A stretch of 64,000 bases of DNA from Armatimonadota bacterium (GTDB lineage Bacteria > Armatimonadota > SYMT01), in contig JAWLHY010000001.1 of assembly GCA_041690135.1 (NCBI GenBank), positions 672,001 to 736,000 on the forward strand, read 5' to 3'. Both the position numbers and the translations under genes were made by a program. Below, one piece after another: positions 21,084 through 30,942 of the stretch. Positions within the stretch are counted from its first letter, which is position 1, and the number at the start of each line of letters is the position of its first letter. The notes beneath the pieces were generated by a model that saw only the letters and a program-made list of their open reading frames with translations, was not told the origin of the DNA and searched no databases.

Positions 21084-22415
21084 ATGCGACGCCGCACCCT
21101 CCTGGCCCTGGGACTGCTGGCCGCCGGACTGTACGCCGGCACCGCAGCCCAGGCCAACCTCGAAGAGTACGTCAAGAACCCCACGTCCGAGTATTCCTGG
21201 ACCAAGCAGAACGAAACGGCGGCCGGCCCCGTGAAGATCATCAACCTCAAGCTTCGCTCGCAGGTGTGGCGGGAGATCCCGTGGGACCACACCGTGCAGA
21301 TCTTTCTGCCGCAAAAACTGACTCACCCGAAGACGGCCCTGATGTATGTGACGGGCGGCGATCCCAGCTTTAGCGGTACGGTCCTCGGCGCCTCAGTCGC
21401 CCCGAAGGTCGAAGCGCCCGTCATCGTCCTCTACAACATCCCCAACCAGCCGTTGTTCAAGATGAAAGAGGACGACCTGATCGCGCACACGTTCGACCGG
21501 TACATCGAAACCGGCGACGAGACCTGGCCGCTCCTCTTCCCGATGGTCAAGAGCGCCGTGCGGGCGATGGATGCCGTCCAGGCCCTGTCGCGCCAGGAAT
21601 GGAACACGCCGGTGGAGGATTTCGTGGTGACGGGCGCCTCGAAGCGCGGTTGGACCACGTACCTGACCGGCGCTTCGGATCCCCGCGTGCGGGCGATCGC
21701 GCCGATGGTGTTCGACAACCTGAAGTTTCGGGCGCAGATGCCGCGACAGGTAGAGCTGTGGGGCAAATACAGCGAGCAGATCGATGACTATACCCGGCGC
21801 GGATTGCAGCAGAAGATGGAGACGCAGCGGGGGCGGAAGTTGACCACGATGATCGACCCGTGGTTCTACCGCAAGAACCTGAAGATGCCGAAGTTGCTGG
21901 TCCACGGCGCGAATGACCGGTACTGGGGAACGGACTCCACCCGGCTCTACTGGGACGACCTGCCGGGCGACAAGTACCTGCTGAGCATTCCTAACGCGGG
22001 GCATGGACTGGAAGATCAGAACCGCCTCCTGAACACCGTGGGAGCCTTTTTCCACCTGGTGGCGGCCGATCGGAAGCTGCCGGAGTTGACTCCCCGCTTT
22101 CAGGTGAACCGGAGCGGTATCAAGCTGCGCGTCCGCACCAGCGAGCATCCAAAAACCATGCGAGCCTGGGTGGTCCGCGCGGAGGACCTCGACTTCCGTC
22201 CCATGAAGTGGCAGGAGCAATCGATGGAGCGGGACGGCCACCATTGGGAAGTCAAGCTGGAGCGTCCCGAAACGGGTGGGGTCGCGGTCTTCGCCGAGGC
22301 CGAGTACGAGATCGACGGGCGGACCTTTACGCTTTCCACCCCGGCGCGGGTTTACGGCAAGCGACCGGAAAGGGTCGCGGCCACGACAGATAAGTCCGGT
22401 AAGGCGAGCGACTAG
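21084..22415 (+). CDS. PhoPQ-activated pathogenicity-related protein PqaA family (secreted alpha/beta hydrolase)
   Basis: Signal peptide; PNQPL, EDDLIA, WPLLFPMVKSAVRAMD, GASKRGWTT, PNAGH. Confidence 0.88.
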   Translation: MRRRTLLALGLLAAGLYAGTAAQANLEEYVKNPTSEYSWTKQNETAAGPVKIINLKLRSQVWREIPWDHTVQIFLPQKLTHPKTALMYVTGGDPSFSGTVLGASVAPKVEAPVIVLYNIPNQPLFKMKEDDLIAHTFDRYIETGDETWPLLFPMVKSAVRAMDAVQALSRQEWNTPVEDFVVTGASKRGWTTYLTGASDPRVRAIAPMVFDNLKFRAQMPRQVELWGKYSEQIDDYTRRGLQQKMETQRGRKLTTMIDPWFYRKNLKMPKLLVHGANDRYWGTDSTRLYWDDLPGDKYLLSIPNAGHGLEDQNRLLNTVGAFFHLVAADRKLPELTPRFQVNRSGIKLRVRTSEHPKTMRAWVVRAEDLDFRPMKWQEQSMERDGHHWEVKLERPETGGVAVFAEAEYEIDGRTFTLSTPARVYGKRPERVAATTDKSGKASD

Positions 22416-22420
22416 CTTTC

Positions 22421-23158
22421 ATGAGCGAGCCGCCCGATTCCCGGCTGAGGCCCAGCGGAGGGTACCGGCGGCTGCGCTCGTTTCAGGTGGCCACGGTCAT
22501 CTACGACGGCACGGTGGCCTTCTGCGGACGGTTTATGGATAGCCGCTCCCGCACGGTGGACCAGATGGTGCAGGCGGCGCGGAGCGGCCGGCAGAATATC
22601 GCCGAAGGCAGCCGGGCCGCGGCCACCTCCAGCCAGACCGAGTTGCGCCTGGTTAATGTCGCCCGCGCCAGCCTGGACGAGTTGCTGCTGGACTACGAAG
22701 ATTTCCTCCGCCAGCGCAGCCTGCGACAGTGGGGGAAGGACGACCCGGAGGCCCGAGCCGTTCGTCGGGTTGGGATGCAGCCTTCCGAAGGGGGCGGCGC
22801 ATCTGGGGATGCCGACTATAGTCACTGGCTCACCCACACCGACCCCGCGGTGGCGGCTAACGCATTGATTTGCCTGATCCACCAGGCAAACTACCTGCTG
22901 GACCGGCAGATCGCGGGCATTGAGCGGCAGTTCATCAACGAGGGCGGGTACAGCGAGAAACTGGCGGCTGCCAGGCTGGCACAACGGGAGCGGCAGCGCC
23001 AGGGCTGCACTGCCGAGCTTGCGAGTTCCGGTGCACCCACTTGCCGCCTCTGCGGCAAAAGCATGGTCTTGCGCACGGTTCGCAAGGGTGAACGCGCCGG
23101 CACCCATTTTTGGGGCTGCTCGGGATACCCCGAGTGCAAAGGCACACGCTCAGTTTGA
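22421..23158 (+). CDS. Four-helix-bundle (23S-IVS-like) protein with suffix domain and topoisomerase C4 zinc finger
   Basis: GGYRRLRSFQ, DQMVQAARSGRQNIAEGS, ARASLDELLLDYEDFLRQ, EGGYSEKL, C-x2-C...FWGCSGYPEC. Confidence 0.9.
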   Translation: MSEPPDSRLRPSGGYRRLRSFQVATVIYDGTVAFCGRFMDSRSRTVDQMVQAARSGRQNIAEGSRAAATSSQTELRLVNVARASLDELLLDYEDFLRQRSLRQWGKDDPEARAVRRVGMQPSEGGGASGDADYSHWLTHTDPAVAANALICLIHQANYLLDRQIAGIERQFINEGGYSEKLAAARLAQRERQRQGCTAELASSGAPTCRLCGKSMVLRTVRKGERAGTHFWGCSGYPECKGTRSV

Positions 23159-23192
23159 TCCGACGGATCCGACGGATCGGACGGATCCGACT
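23157..23192. repeat. 9-bp tandem repeat GATCCGACG x4 at the stop of the four-helix-bundle gene
   Basis: gatccgacg gatccgacg gatcggacg gatccgact. Confidence 0.9.
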
Positions 23193-23202
23193 GATAACAA
23201 CC

Positions 23203-24147
23203 ATGAACCCAAACCGCACCGTACTCCTGATCACCCTGGCAGCCACCACCCTGGCGGTAGGTGCTACCGGCCAGCGGAAGCCCGACCTGGGGCCGAATGC
23301 CAGCCTGAACGGGCGCCGGCCGTTCCCGCCGAACAATCCCTGGAACACGCCCGTGGACCGGTTGCCGGTGGACCCCAATTCGGACCGGCTCATCGCCAGC
23401 ATCGGCCACACTCGCCTGCATCCCGATTTCGGCGCCAACCTCGGGGGCAAACCGTACGGCATCCCCTACATCGTGGTGGCAGGAAATACTCGCAAAGTCC
23501 CCGTGACATTCGAGTACAAAGACGAAAGCGACTCGGGGCCGTATCCCATCCCGCCCAATGCGCCCATCGAAGGCGGGCCCCAGGCCGATGGGGACCGGCA
23601 CGTACTGGTGGTCGACCGGGACAATTGGAAGCTTTACGAACTGTTTAGCGCGTTTCCACAGGGCCGCGGCTGGAAGGCCGGATCGGGCGCGGTTTTCGAT
23701 CTCAATTCGAACAAGCTGCGGCCGGCGGGCTGGACTTCCGCGGACGCGGCGGGGCTGCCGGTTTTCCCCGGCCTCGCCAGGTATGACGAGGTGGTTCAGC
23801 AGAAGGCGATCCATCACGCGCTCCGCTTTACGGCGCGGGTGACCCGCAGGGCCTATGTCCATCCCGCGAGGCACTGGGCGAGCCGGCGAACCGAACCCAA
23901 CCTACCGCCGATGGGAATGCGCGTCCGCCTGAAGGCGAACTACGATATCTCGCGCTTCCCGCCGGCCGCCAGGGTCGTTCTGACCGCACTCAAGAAGTAC
24001 GGGATGATCCTGGCCGATAACGGCGGCAACTGGTTCGTCTCGGGCGCCCCCGACCCCCGCTGGCCGGATGCCGAGATCGAGGCTTTGAAGCGCGTCAACG
24101 GTCGCGACTTCGAGGTCGTGAAGATGGGAAAAGTCGTGACGGACTGA
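23203..24147 (+). CDS. Conserved secreted hypothetical protein
   Basis: Signal peptide; conserved-looking motifs YGIPY, GDRH, SADAAGLP, HALRFT, MGMRVRL, YGMILADNG; strong host codon bias. Confidence 0.8.
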   Translation: MNPNRTVLLITLAATTLAVGATGQRKPDLGPNASLNGRRPFPPNNPWNTPVDRLPVDPNSDRLIASIGHTRLHPDFGANLGGKPYGIPYIVVAGNTRKVPVTFEYKDESDSGPYPIPPNAPIEGGPQADGDRHVLVVDRDNWKLYELFSAFPQGRGWKAGSGAVFDLNSNKLRPAGWTSADAAGLPVFPGLARYDEVVQQKAIHHALRFTARVTRRAYVHPARHWASRRTEPNLPPMGMRVRLKANYDISRFPPAARVVLTALKKYGMILADNGGNWFVSGAPDPRWPDAEIEALKRVNGRDFEVVKMGKVVTD

Positions 24148-24259
24148 GACGGCTACGTGGCGGCGGTACTTACCTGCCGCCAAGCCATAGGGCCCGTAGG
24201 GGATGCGAGGTAGGCCAATAGGATGGACTGAAAACAAGCGTGGGCCAGATCGGCAATCG

Positions 24260-24649
24260 TCAGTTAGTGGCGCCATGGGATCTGAGCAGGGCTACGATCC
24301 GCTGGTTCTTCCGCCCTTGGGCGATGGAGAGGGCAGGTTCAAACCAGCGGCCGGTGGAGTTAGGATCGGCACCCTTTCGGAGGAGAGCTTCCACTACCCG
24401 CTGGTCGTTATGTTCGACGGCTGACCCTAAAGCGCTGTAGGAATAGTTGTGGAGTGGCCACCAATAATCGACGCGGGCGTTAGGGCTCCCGCCGCGGATG
24501 ATCGCCTCTTCCACCTTTGCAGCGCTGCGAGAGTATGCTGCAGAAAGCACCGCTGCATCCAGTTGACCCTGGCGAATACGTCCGAAAGCACCCGCGACTA
24601 CTCCAAGCGCGACCGCAAGCATGATGAGATAACAGAGGGGTCGTTTCAT
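24260..24649 (-). CDS. Membrane-anchored ankyrin repeat protein
   Basis: N-terminal TM; ALGSAV...VVEALLRKGADPN, IVALLRSHGA. Confidence 0.75.
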   Translation of the reverse strand: MKRPLCYLIMLAVALGVVAGAFGRIRQGQLDAAVLSAAYSRSAAKVEEAIIRGGSPNARVDYWWPLHNYSYSALGSAVEHNDQRVVEALLRKGADPNSTGRWFEPALSIAQGRKNQRIVALLRSHGATN

Positions 24650-24673
24650 CGTGGCCCGGTGCTCGGAACGACG

Positions 24674-26026
24674 TCATGCGAGGAGTGCGCGGATTGGCTC
24701 CCCGGTGGCGATGCGCCATGGGCGGTCGAGGTGGTCGCGGTATTCCTTGGCGGCGTCGATACCGAGCAGGGAGTAGATGGTGGCGACCACTTCTTCCGGG
24801 GTGTACCCGATGCCTTCCGGATAGGCGGCTTCGCGGTCGGAGCCGCCGAGCACCTGTCCCGTCTTGATGCCGGCGCCGGCAAACAGGGCGGCGTTGCACG
24901 CCGGCCAGTGGTCCCGGCCCGCCTGGGCGTTGACCTTGGGAGTGCGGCCGAACTCGCTCATTACCAGGACCAGGGTGCGGTCGAGCAGGCCGCGTCGGGT
25001 CATATCCTCCAGCAGGGCGGAATAGGCGGCGTCCAGGTTGGGGCCGTGGGTCTCACGGAGAGTCTTGAAGTTGTTATCGTGCGTGTCCCAGTACATCCCC
25101 CAGTAGGTGGTGTCGATCGTCACGAAGCGGGCGCCATGCTCGATCAGGCGCCGAGCCAGCAGGCAACTCTGCCCCAGCACGTTCCGGCCATAAGCGTCGC
25201 GGAGGGCCGAAGGCTCCTGCCGAAGGTCGAAAGCGCCCCGGAGATGAGCGGATCCGACCAGGTCGTAAGCTTGTGCGTAATGCGTATCGCGAGCGGCCAG
25301 GCTTTCCACGACCGCATCGTGATCGCGAAAGCCCTGTTCCACGCGTCCCAGCAACCGGCGCCGCCGCTCGAAGCGGTTTTCGTCCACGGCCGCCGCGCGA
25401 GCGAGGTCTCGGACATCGAACTTGTCGCTGTTGGGATCGCCGTTCACTTCGAACGGCGCGCACCGTCTCGACAGGAAGGCGTTGTACGCCCCGTTGTAGG
25501 AGGCGACCGGCACGCAGATGTAGGGAGGCAGTGCGTTCCTGGGGCCCAACTCCTGCACGACGACCGAACCGAGACTGGGCTGGTCCTGGCTGGGGTCGCG
25601 GAGCGCGAAGAAGGGCCGTACCGGCTTGTAGCCCGTGAGCTGCCAGACGTGGGCGCCCTCGTGCTCTCCGCGGTTGTGGGTGATGCCCCGCAGCATCGCG
25701 AACTTATCCGCGTGCCTGGCGACCCGGGGGAGCAGTTCGGAGATTTCCAACCCGGCTACATTGGTCTTGATCGGTTTGAACTCGCCCCGGACTTCCGCGG
25801 GGGCCTCGGGCTTCATGTCCCACAGGTCCTGATGGCTGGGCCCCCCGGAAAGCCAGATCAGCAGGACCGAGTCGGCGGGGGCGGCGCGGGTACGGCCGAC
25901 GGCCGCCTGGGCGGCGCGAGCCCGCAACAGGTCGTCCAGGCCCAGCCCCAGGGCGCCCAGCCCGCCGACCTGCAGCACACCGCGACGGTTGAGCCGTCGA
26001 AAGCCATCACAACAGGTATCGCGCAT
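24674..26026 (-). CDS. DUF1501 domain protein (Tat-like N-terminus)
   Basis: NRRGVL, WLSGGPSHQDLWDMKP, CLLARRLIE, WDTH, SEFGRTP, GRDHWP. Confidence 0.93.
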   Translation of the reverse strand: MRDTCCDGFRRLNRRGVLQVGGLGALGLGLDDLLRARAAQAAVGRTRAAPADSVLLIWLSGGPSHQDLWDMKPEAPAEVRGEFKPIKTNVAGLEISELLPRVARHADKFAMLRGITHNRGEHEGAHVWQLTGYKPVRPFFALRDPSQDQPSLGSVVVQELGPRNALPPYICVPVASYNGAYNAFLSRRCAPFEVNGDPNSDKFDVRDLARAAAVDENRFERRRRLLGRVEQGFRDHDAVVESLAARDTHYAQAYDLVGSAHLRGAFDLRQEPSALRDAYGRNVLGQSCLLARRLIEHGARFVTIDTTYWGMYWDTHDNNFKTLRETHGPNLDAAYSALLEDMTRRGLLDRTLVLVMSEFGRTPKVNAQAGRDHWPACNAALFAGAGIKTGQVLGGSDREAAYPEGIGYTPEEVVATIYSLLGIDAAKEYRDHLDRPWRIATGEPIRALLA

Positions 26027-26242
26027 CGCTTCCCGCTTCCTCGTGCCGCTCGGGACCCCTTCCGTGACTGGGAATTAAGACACGTTGGCGAGGGGGCGGT
26101 TGCGCGGAAACCTCCAGCCGCGGTGGGCGAGGTACTGCGGTTTTCTTGGTTGTGACCGGGATTACTCGCGAGGGAGGAACGTATTGTCCGGAGCGCGGAA
26201 GTGACTGTCAGACATCCCTCGCGCCACCGGAGTCCCGCCTAC

Positions 26243-29200
26243 ATGGTCTCGTTTCGTATTCCCCTCCTGGTTCTTGCCGGACTCTCGCTCCTGGGCGCCG
26301 TTTCGGCGCAGGAACCGGGACCCAGGCTCCGAACTATCCGCGGCATGCGCTACCCGGCGCTCTCTCCGGACGGCTCCCGCATCGCCTTCAGCTATCGCGG
26401 TGATCTCTGGACCGTGGCGGCGACCGGCGGCACGGCGACCCGGCTGGCGGAACTCTCCGGTTGGGATATGCGCGCGCGCTGGTCGCCGGATGGGAGAACA
26501 TTGGCCTTCAACAGCACGCGGAACGGAAATGCGGATCTCTATGTCCTTCCGGCCGAAGGCGGAGAACCCCGCCGCCTGACGTATCACACCGGCGCGGACA
26601 TCCTGGGGGGGTGGTCTCCGGATGGGAAGAGCCTGGTCTTCTACAGCTACCGGGACTCCCGCACCTACGATCTCTACTCCATCGACGTCGAATCCGGCCG
26701 TCTGCGGCAGTTAACACGGGATGAAGTGATCGTTTCTTCCCCCGTCTGGTCGCCGGATGGGAAGGTGGTTGCCTATAACCGTGGCGGTGCTTCGTGGGCG
26801 CGCAAGAACCTGCGCAGTTCGGGGGCCGCCGACATCTGGGAACTGCCCCTGGAAGGGGACGCGCCCGGAACTCCCCGCCGCCTGACCGGGACCGACTCTC
26901 CGGAACTCTGGCCGCTCTACTCCCCCGACGGCAAGAGTCTCTATTTCGTCTCGGACCGGGATGGGCGGAGCTCTGTCTGGAAGATGCCCGCCCGAGGCGG
27001 ACGGCAAGCGCGCGTGTTTCACCACCCGGGCTCGCATATCCACTACCCGGATCTCTCCCGTAACGGCCGGACGCTGGTCTACGAGACGGACTTTTCACTC
27101 TGGACTGTCGATCTCACCGCTTCTCGACCGCAGCCCCGGCGCCTGGAGATCTCCGCCACCGTCGATGACACGTCGCGGGTCGAGACCCGGAAGCTGACCT
27201 CGGGCGCGACAGAGGTGGAAGTTTCGCCGGACGGCTCGCAGCTCCTGCTGGTCCTCCGCAACGATCTGTTCATCATGCCGTCCTCCGGTGGGGAGGCGCG
27301 TCGCCTGACCGATTCCCTCGCGAGGGACTACGATGCGGTCTGGTCGCCGGACAGCCGCCACGTCATCTTCGTCTCGGAGCGTGAGGCGAACGTGGACCTG
27401 TATCAGGTGGAAGTGGCGACAGGAGAGACCCGGCGCCTGACCACCGACCCGGAGCCGGACACTTCTCCCAACTACGCGCCGGACGGCACGCGGATCGCCT
27501 TCCTGCGGGGCGCCAACGGCCGAGAAGTCCGCACGCTTTCCCTGCTGGGCGGGCGGGAGACGCTGGTGGCCGAGGGAGGGTTCCTGAACAGCCCGCGCTG
27601 GTCGCCCGACTCGCGCTGGCTGGCCTATTCCCGGCGCACTCCGGCCGCCATCACCAACGTGTACGTGCGGGCAGAGGCGGGCGGTCCCGAGATCAACGTT
27701 ACCCGCTGGTCCGGCAGTAACTTCGGACCGGTCTGGAGCCCGGACGGCAAGCGCCTGGCGTTCTACTCAAACCGGTCGGGAACGACGGACCTTTACACGG
27801 TGGAGTTGACCCGGCCGGGGAAAGGGGGCGCCGTGGGATCCGGGGGTGCGGCGGCGCCTCCCCAGGTGGAAGTGGATGCCGCGGGCATCGAACGCCGCGT
27901 GAGGCCGCTGGTCGAGCGTACCGCGGGCAGCAAAGGCTCCCTGACCTACACTCCGGGTGGCAGTTCCTGCCTGTTTACGCTGAACGGCAGTTCCGGGGTG
28001 TGGGCCGTGCCCGCTACCGGGGGAACGGCTCGCCGCGTGGTGGATAACCTCTCCGGTATCCTCCGGTTGTCCGGCGATGGCTCGACGCTCTACGCACTCA
28101 CCCCGAGTAGCGGCCGCATTCAGAAGGTGCCCCGCACCGGCGGAGCCCCGACCACCGTGGGATACTCCGCGACCGTGCCGATCGACCTGGCCGAAGAGCG
28201 CCGCCAGACATTCGACCAGGCCTGGCGCCTCCTGGCGGATTACTTCTACGATCCCAAGATGCATGGAGTGGACTGGGCCGAGGTGCGACGGCGCTACCGG
28301 CCGATCGTGGATGAATGCGTTACCCTGGACGACTTCCACGTGCTGCTGAGCGAGATGGTCGGCGAGTTGAACGCCTCGCACACGGGCGTGTCGGAAACGC
28401 GTACGCCCTCCAATGCGAGCGATACGGCCCACCTAGGGGTGACCTTCGACTGGACCCATCCCGGTCCCGGCCTGAAGGTGAGAGAGGTGCTCCCGGACGG
28501 TCCCGCCGACACGGAGCCGAGCCGCATCCGACCGGGTGAGTTCATCCTGCAACTGGCCGGTAAAGACGCCTCGCCGCAGGAGAGCTTCCACGCGCAGTTG
28601 GCGGGCCTGGCGGGGAAGCGGGTGGACCTGCTGGTTAACTCCCGTCCGGACCGCAACGGGGCACGAACCGTTTCCCTGACGGCGATCCGGACCGCGGCGG
28701 CGCGGGATCTAGTCTACGAGCGGTGGGTGCGGGAGCGCCGGGAGACGGTGAGCCGCCTCTCTAACGGCAAGCTGGCCTACCTCCACATCAAGGTGATGCA
28801 GCGGGCCGACCTGGCGCGTTTCGAGCGGGAGTTACTGACGGAGGCCCACGGGCACGCCGGACTGGTGATCGACATCCGCTACAACACCGGAGGGCGCATC
28901 CACGACGAGCTGTTTGCCCTGCTGACGCGGAAGGTCCACAGCTTCGAAACCCCGCGCAGCGCCCCCCAAATGACCCAGCCGTTCGGCGCGTTCGACCGGC
29001 CCATGACTCTGCTGATCAACGAGCACTGCTTCAGCGACGCGGAGATCTTCGCGAATGGGTTCCGCCACCTGAAGCTCGGCAAGATCGTGGGACGACCTAC
29101 CGCCGGCGGGGTCATCGGCACGGGTGATATTCCGCTGCTCGACGGCCAGACCACCTTCCGGGTGCCCCGCACCTTCTGGCAGCGGGTGGATGGGACGAAC

Positions 29201-29335
29201 CTGGAGAACCTCGGCGTCCGTCCGGATATCGACGTTCCGGTCACGCCCGGAGATATTCTCGCGGGAAAGGACCCCCAACTCGAGCGCGCGGTGAAGGAGC
29301 TCCTGCGCAAGGTAGGAAGGAGTCCCTCTCAATAG
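26243..29335 (+). CDS. Tricorn-like S41 peptidase with PD40/TolB beta-propellers and PDZ domain
   Basis: Repeated WSPDG; YDPKMHGVDW; GELNASH; IDIRYNTGG; catalytic CFSDAE; ENLGVRPDI. Confidence 0.93.
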   Translation: MVSFRIPLLVLAGLSLLGAVSAQEPGPRLRTIRGMRYPALSPDGSRIAFSYRGDLWTVAATGGTATRLAELSGWDMRARWSPDGRTLAFNSTRNGNADLYVLPAEGGEPRRLTYHTGADILGGWSPDGKSLVFYSYRDSRTYDLYSIDVESGRLRQLTRDEVIVSSPVWSPDGKVVAYNRGGASWARKNLRSSGAADIWELPLEGDAPGTPRRLTGTDSPELWPLYSPDGKSLYFVSDRDGRSSVWKMPARGGRQARVFHHPGSHIHYPDLSRNGRTLVYETDFSLWTVDLTASRPQPRRLEISATVDDTSRVETRKLTSGATEVEVSPDGSQLLLVLRNDLFIMPSSGGEARRLTDSLARDYDAVWSPDSRHVIFVSEREANVDLYQVEVATGETRRLTTDPEPDTSPNYAPDGTRIAFLRGANGREVRTLSLLGGRETLVAEGGFLNSPRWSPDSRWLAYSRRTPAAITNVYVRAEAGGPEINVTRWSGSNFGPVWSPDGKRLAFYSNRSGTTDLYTVELTRPGKGGAVGSGGAAAPPQVEVDAAGIERRVRPLVERTAGSKGSLTYTPGGSSCLFTLNGSSGVWAVPATGGTARRVVDNLSGILRLSGDGSTLYALTPSSGRIQKVPRTGGAPTTVGYSATVPIDLAEERRQTFDQAWRLLADYFYDPKMHGVDWAEVRRRYRPIVDECVTLDDFHVLLSEMVGELNASHTGVSETRTPSNASDTAHLGVTFDWTHPGPGLKVREVLPDGPADTEPSRIRPGEFILQLAGKDASPQESFHAQLAGLAGKRVDLLVNSRPDRNGARTVSLTAIRTAAARDLVYERWVRERRETVSRLSNGKLAYLHIKVMQRADLARFERELLTEAHGHAGLVIDIRYNTGGRIHDELFALLTRKVHSFETPRSAPQMTQPFGAFDRPMTLLINEHCFSDAEIFANGFRHLKLGKIVGRPTAGGVIGTGDIPLLDGQTTFRVPRTFWQRVDGTNLENLGVRPDIDVPVTPGDILAGKDPQLERAVKELLRKVGRSPSQ

Positions 29336-29493
29336 GAGCCAAGCAGCGCGGCCAGTTGGGGGTGTGTCGCGAGGAAGGGCAGGATGTTGGTACCCTCTGC
29401 CAGTTGGGGTTGGGCAAGGAGTGAGCGAAACTCCTGAAGTTCGCGCTCACATTCCGCAAGCACCAGTGACAATTCGCTCAGCTCCCTGCTCAT
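29329..29493 (-). pseudogene. Truncated N-terminal fragment resembling stand-alone Shedu (SduA/DUF4263) nuclease
   Basis: ECERELQEFRSLLAQPQLAEGTNILPFLATHPQLAALLGSY* resembles the N-terminus of DUF4263 proteins as recalled; ends where it meets the convergent S41 gene. Confidence 0.45.
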
Positions 29494-29626
29494 GCGACGT
29501 GCTGAACCAGTCCGCATAGCGTCGATGGGAACACTTGATGGGCTGCGTTTACTATTGGCCATGGGTCTGTGTGACATACTAACTGCGGTTGGTAGGGTCT
29601 ATCTCTGGTCTTCAGGAGTGGTCAGA

Positions 29627-30091
29627 ATGAAGTTACGAGTTTCGCAAACGGCGGCTACCGGCGTGCTGGCGGGGGTGCTGGCACTGGGGTGGGGCGTGCG
29701 GGAAGCACAGTGGGCCTCCGCACAGGGCAAGCGGGTCCCGAACGGCACCCGGAACCTGGCGGAAGTGAAGGTGGAAGAGGCCCAGGATGGGGGCAAGACC
29801 ACCGGAAAAGTCGCGGTCTTCCTCGACGGCGCCACCGCGGGCACGCGCAGCCTGCACGCCGGCCGGTTCATTCTCAACCCGGGCGCCGAGCCGCACGCGC
29901 CGCATAAGCACCCGGATGAGGAAGTGCTCATCGTTACGCGGGGTACGGGTGAGGTCTACTGCGACGGCAAGACCACCCCGGTGAAGCCCGGCGCCATTAT
30001 GTATTCCGACCCGAACGTGGAGCACGGGATCAAGAACACCGGCACCAAGCCGCTGGAGTTCTACTGGGTGAAGTACGTCCCCGCGAAGTAA
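29627..30091 (+). CDS. Exported cupin domain protein
   Basis: Signal peptide; PHAPHKHPDEE and PNVEHGIKN cupin motifs. Confidence 0.88.
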   Translation: MKLRVSQTAATGVLAGVLALGWGVREAQWASAQGKRVPNGTRNLAEVKVEEAQDGGKTTGKVAVFLDGATAGTRSLHAGRFILNPGAEPHAPHKHPDEEVLIVTRGTGEVYCDGKTTPVKPGAIMYSDPNVEHGIKNTGTKPLEFYWVKYVPAK

Positions 30092-30107
30092 GGCCGGAGG
30101 CACCCCC

Positions 30108-30878
30108 TTGGAGAAACGGAAAGTCCTGGTAACCGGCGCCGCCGGGCGGATCGGGACGGCCTTCCGCAAGGCCTACGGCGACCGTTATATGCTTCGCCTG
30201 GTGGACCGGCGGCCGGTTCCGGACCCCGAGGGCCACGAGCACTGGTCTGCCGACCTGGTGGACCTGGAAGAGGCCCGCAAGGCGTGCGCGGGTATCGATA
30301 CGGTAATCCACCTGGCGGCCGATCCCAGCCCGCGCGCGACGTTCTACGACACGCTGCTGCCGCTGAACATCCAGATGACCTACAACCTGTTCCATGCGGC
30401 CCGGGAACAGGGGTGTCGCCGGCTGATCTTCGCCAGCAGCATCCACGCGGTAAACGCCTATCCCCTGGATTACCAGATCCACCCGTCCGACCCGGTGCTG
30501 CCCGGCGACCTCTACGGGGTGACCAAGGTCTTCGGCGAGGCCCTGGCGGCATACTACGCCCACCGGGAGGGCTTAAGCTGCATCGCCATCCGGATCGGGG
30601 CGTTCGGGACAGCCGAGAAGGTGGCGGAATGCTCCGACTCCCGCATGCTGGCGCTCTGGATCAGCGACCGCGACCTGTCGCAACTGCTCCACCGGTGCGT
30701 GGACGCGCCCGACGACGTGCGCTTCCTGATCGTACAGGGAGTGTCGGACAACCAGTTCAAGCGGATGGATATCGGCAATGCCCGGGAGATCCTCGGCTAC
30801 GCACCGCAGGATAACGCCTTCCAGATCAGCAGCAAAGTCGAAATGGAGCCGCGCCGGCCGGACGATCCGGATGTTTAG
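30108..30878 (+). CDS. NAD-dependent epimerase/dehydratase (uronate dehydrogenase-like SDR)
   Basis: TGAAGRIG, IHLAA, FASSIHA, YGVTK, WISDRDL. Confidence 0.9.
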   Translation: MEKRKVLVTGAAGRIGTAFRKAYGDRYMLRLVDRRPVPDPEGHEHWSADLVDLEEARKACAGIDTVIHLAADPSPRATFYDTLLPLNIQMTYNLFHAAREQGCRRLIFASSIHAVNAYPLDYQIHPSDPVLPGDLYGVTKVFGEALAAYYAHREGLSCIAIRIGAFGTAEKVAECSDSRMLALWISDRDLSQLLHRCVDAPDDVRFLIVQGVSDNQFKRMDIGNAREILGYAPQDNAFQISSKVEMEPRRPDDPDV

Positions 30879-30931
30879 TTAAACCCTACCGGGGCCCGAT
30901 GGTTCGCATCGGGCCCCGGTAGGGTTTAACT
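30877..30931. terminator. Long perfect hairpin between convergent genes (bidirectional terminator)
   Basis: 25-bp arms AGTTAAACCCTACCGGGGCCCGATG / CATCGGGCCCCGGTAGGGTTTAACT, loop GTTCG, followed by a T run. Confidence 0.8.
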
Positions 30932-30942
30932 TTTGCAAGGAA

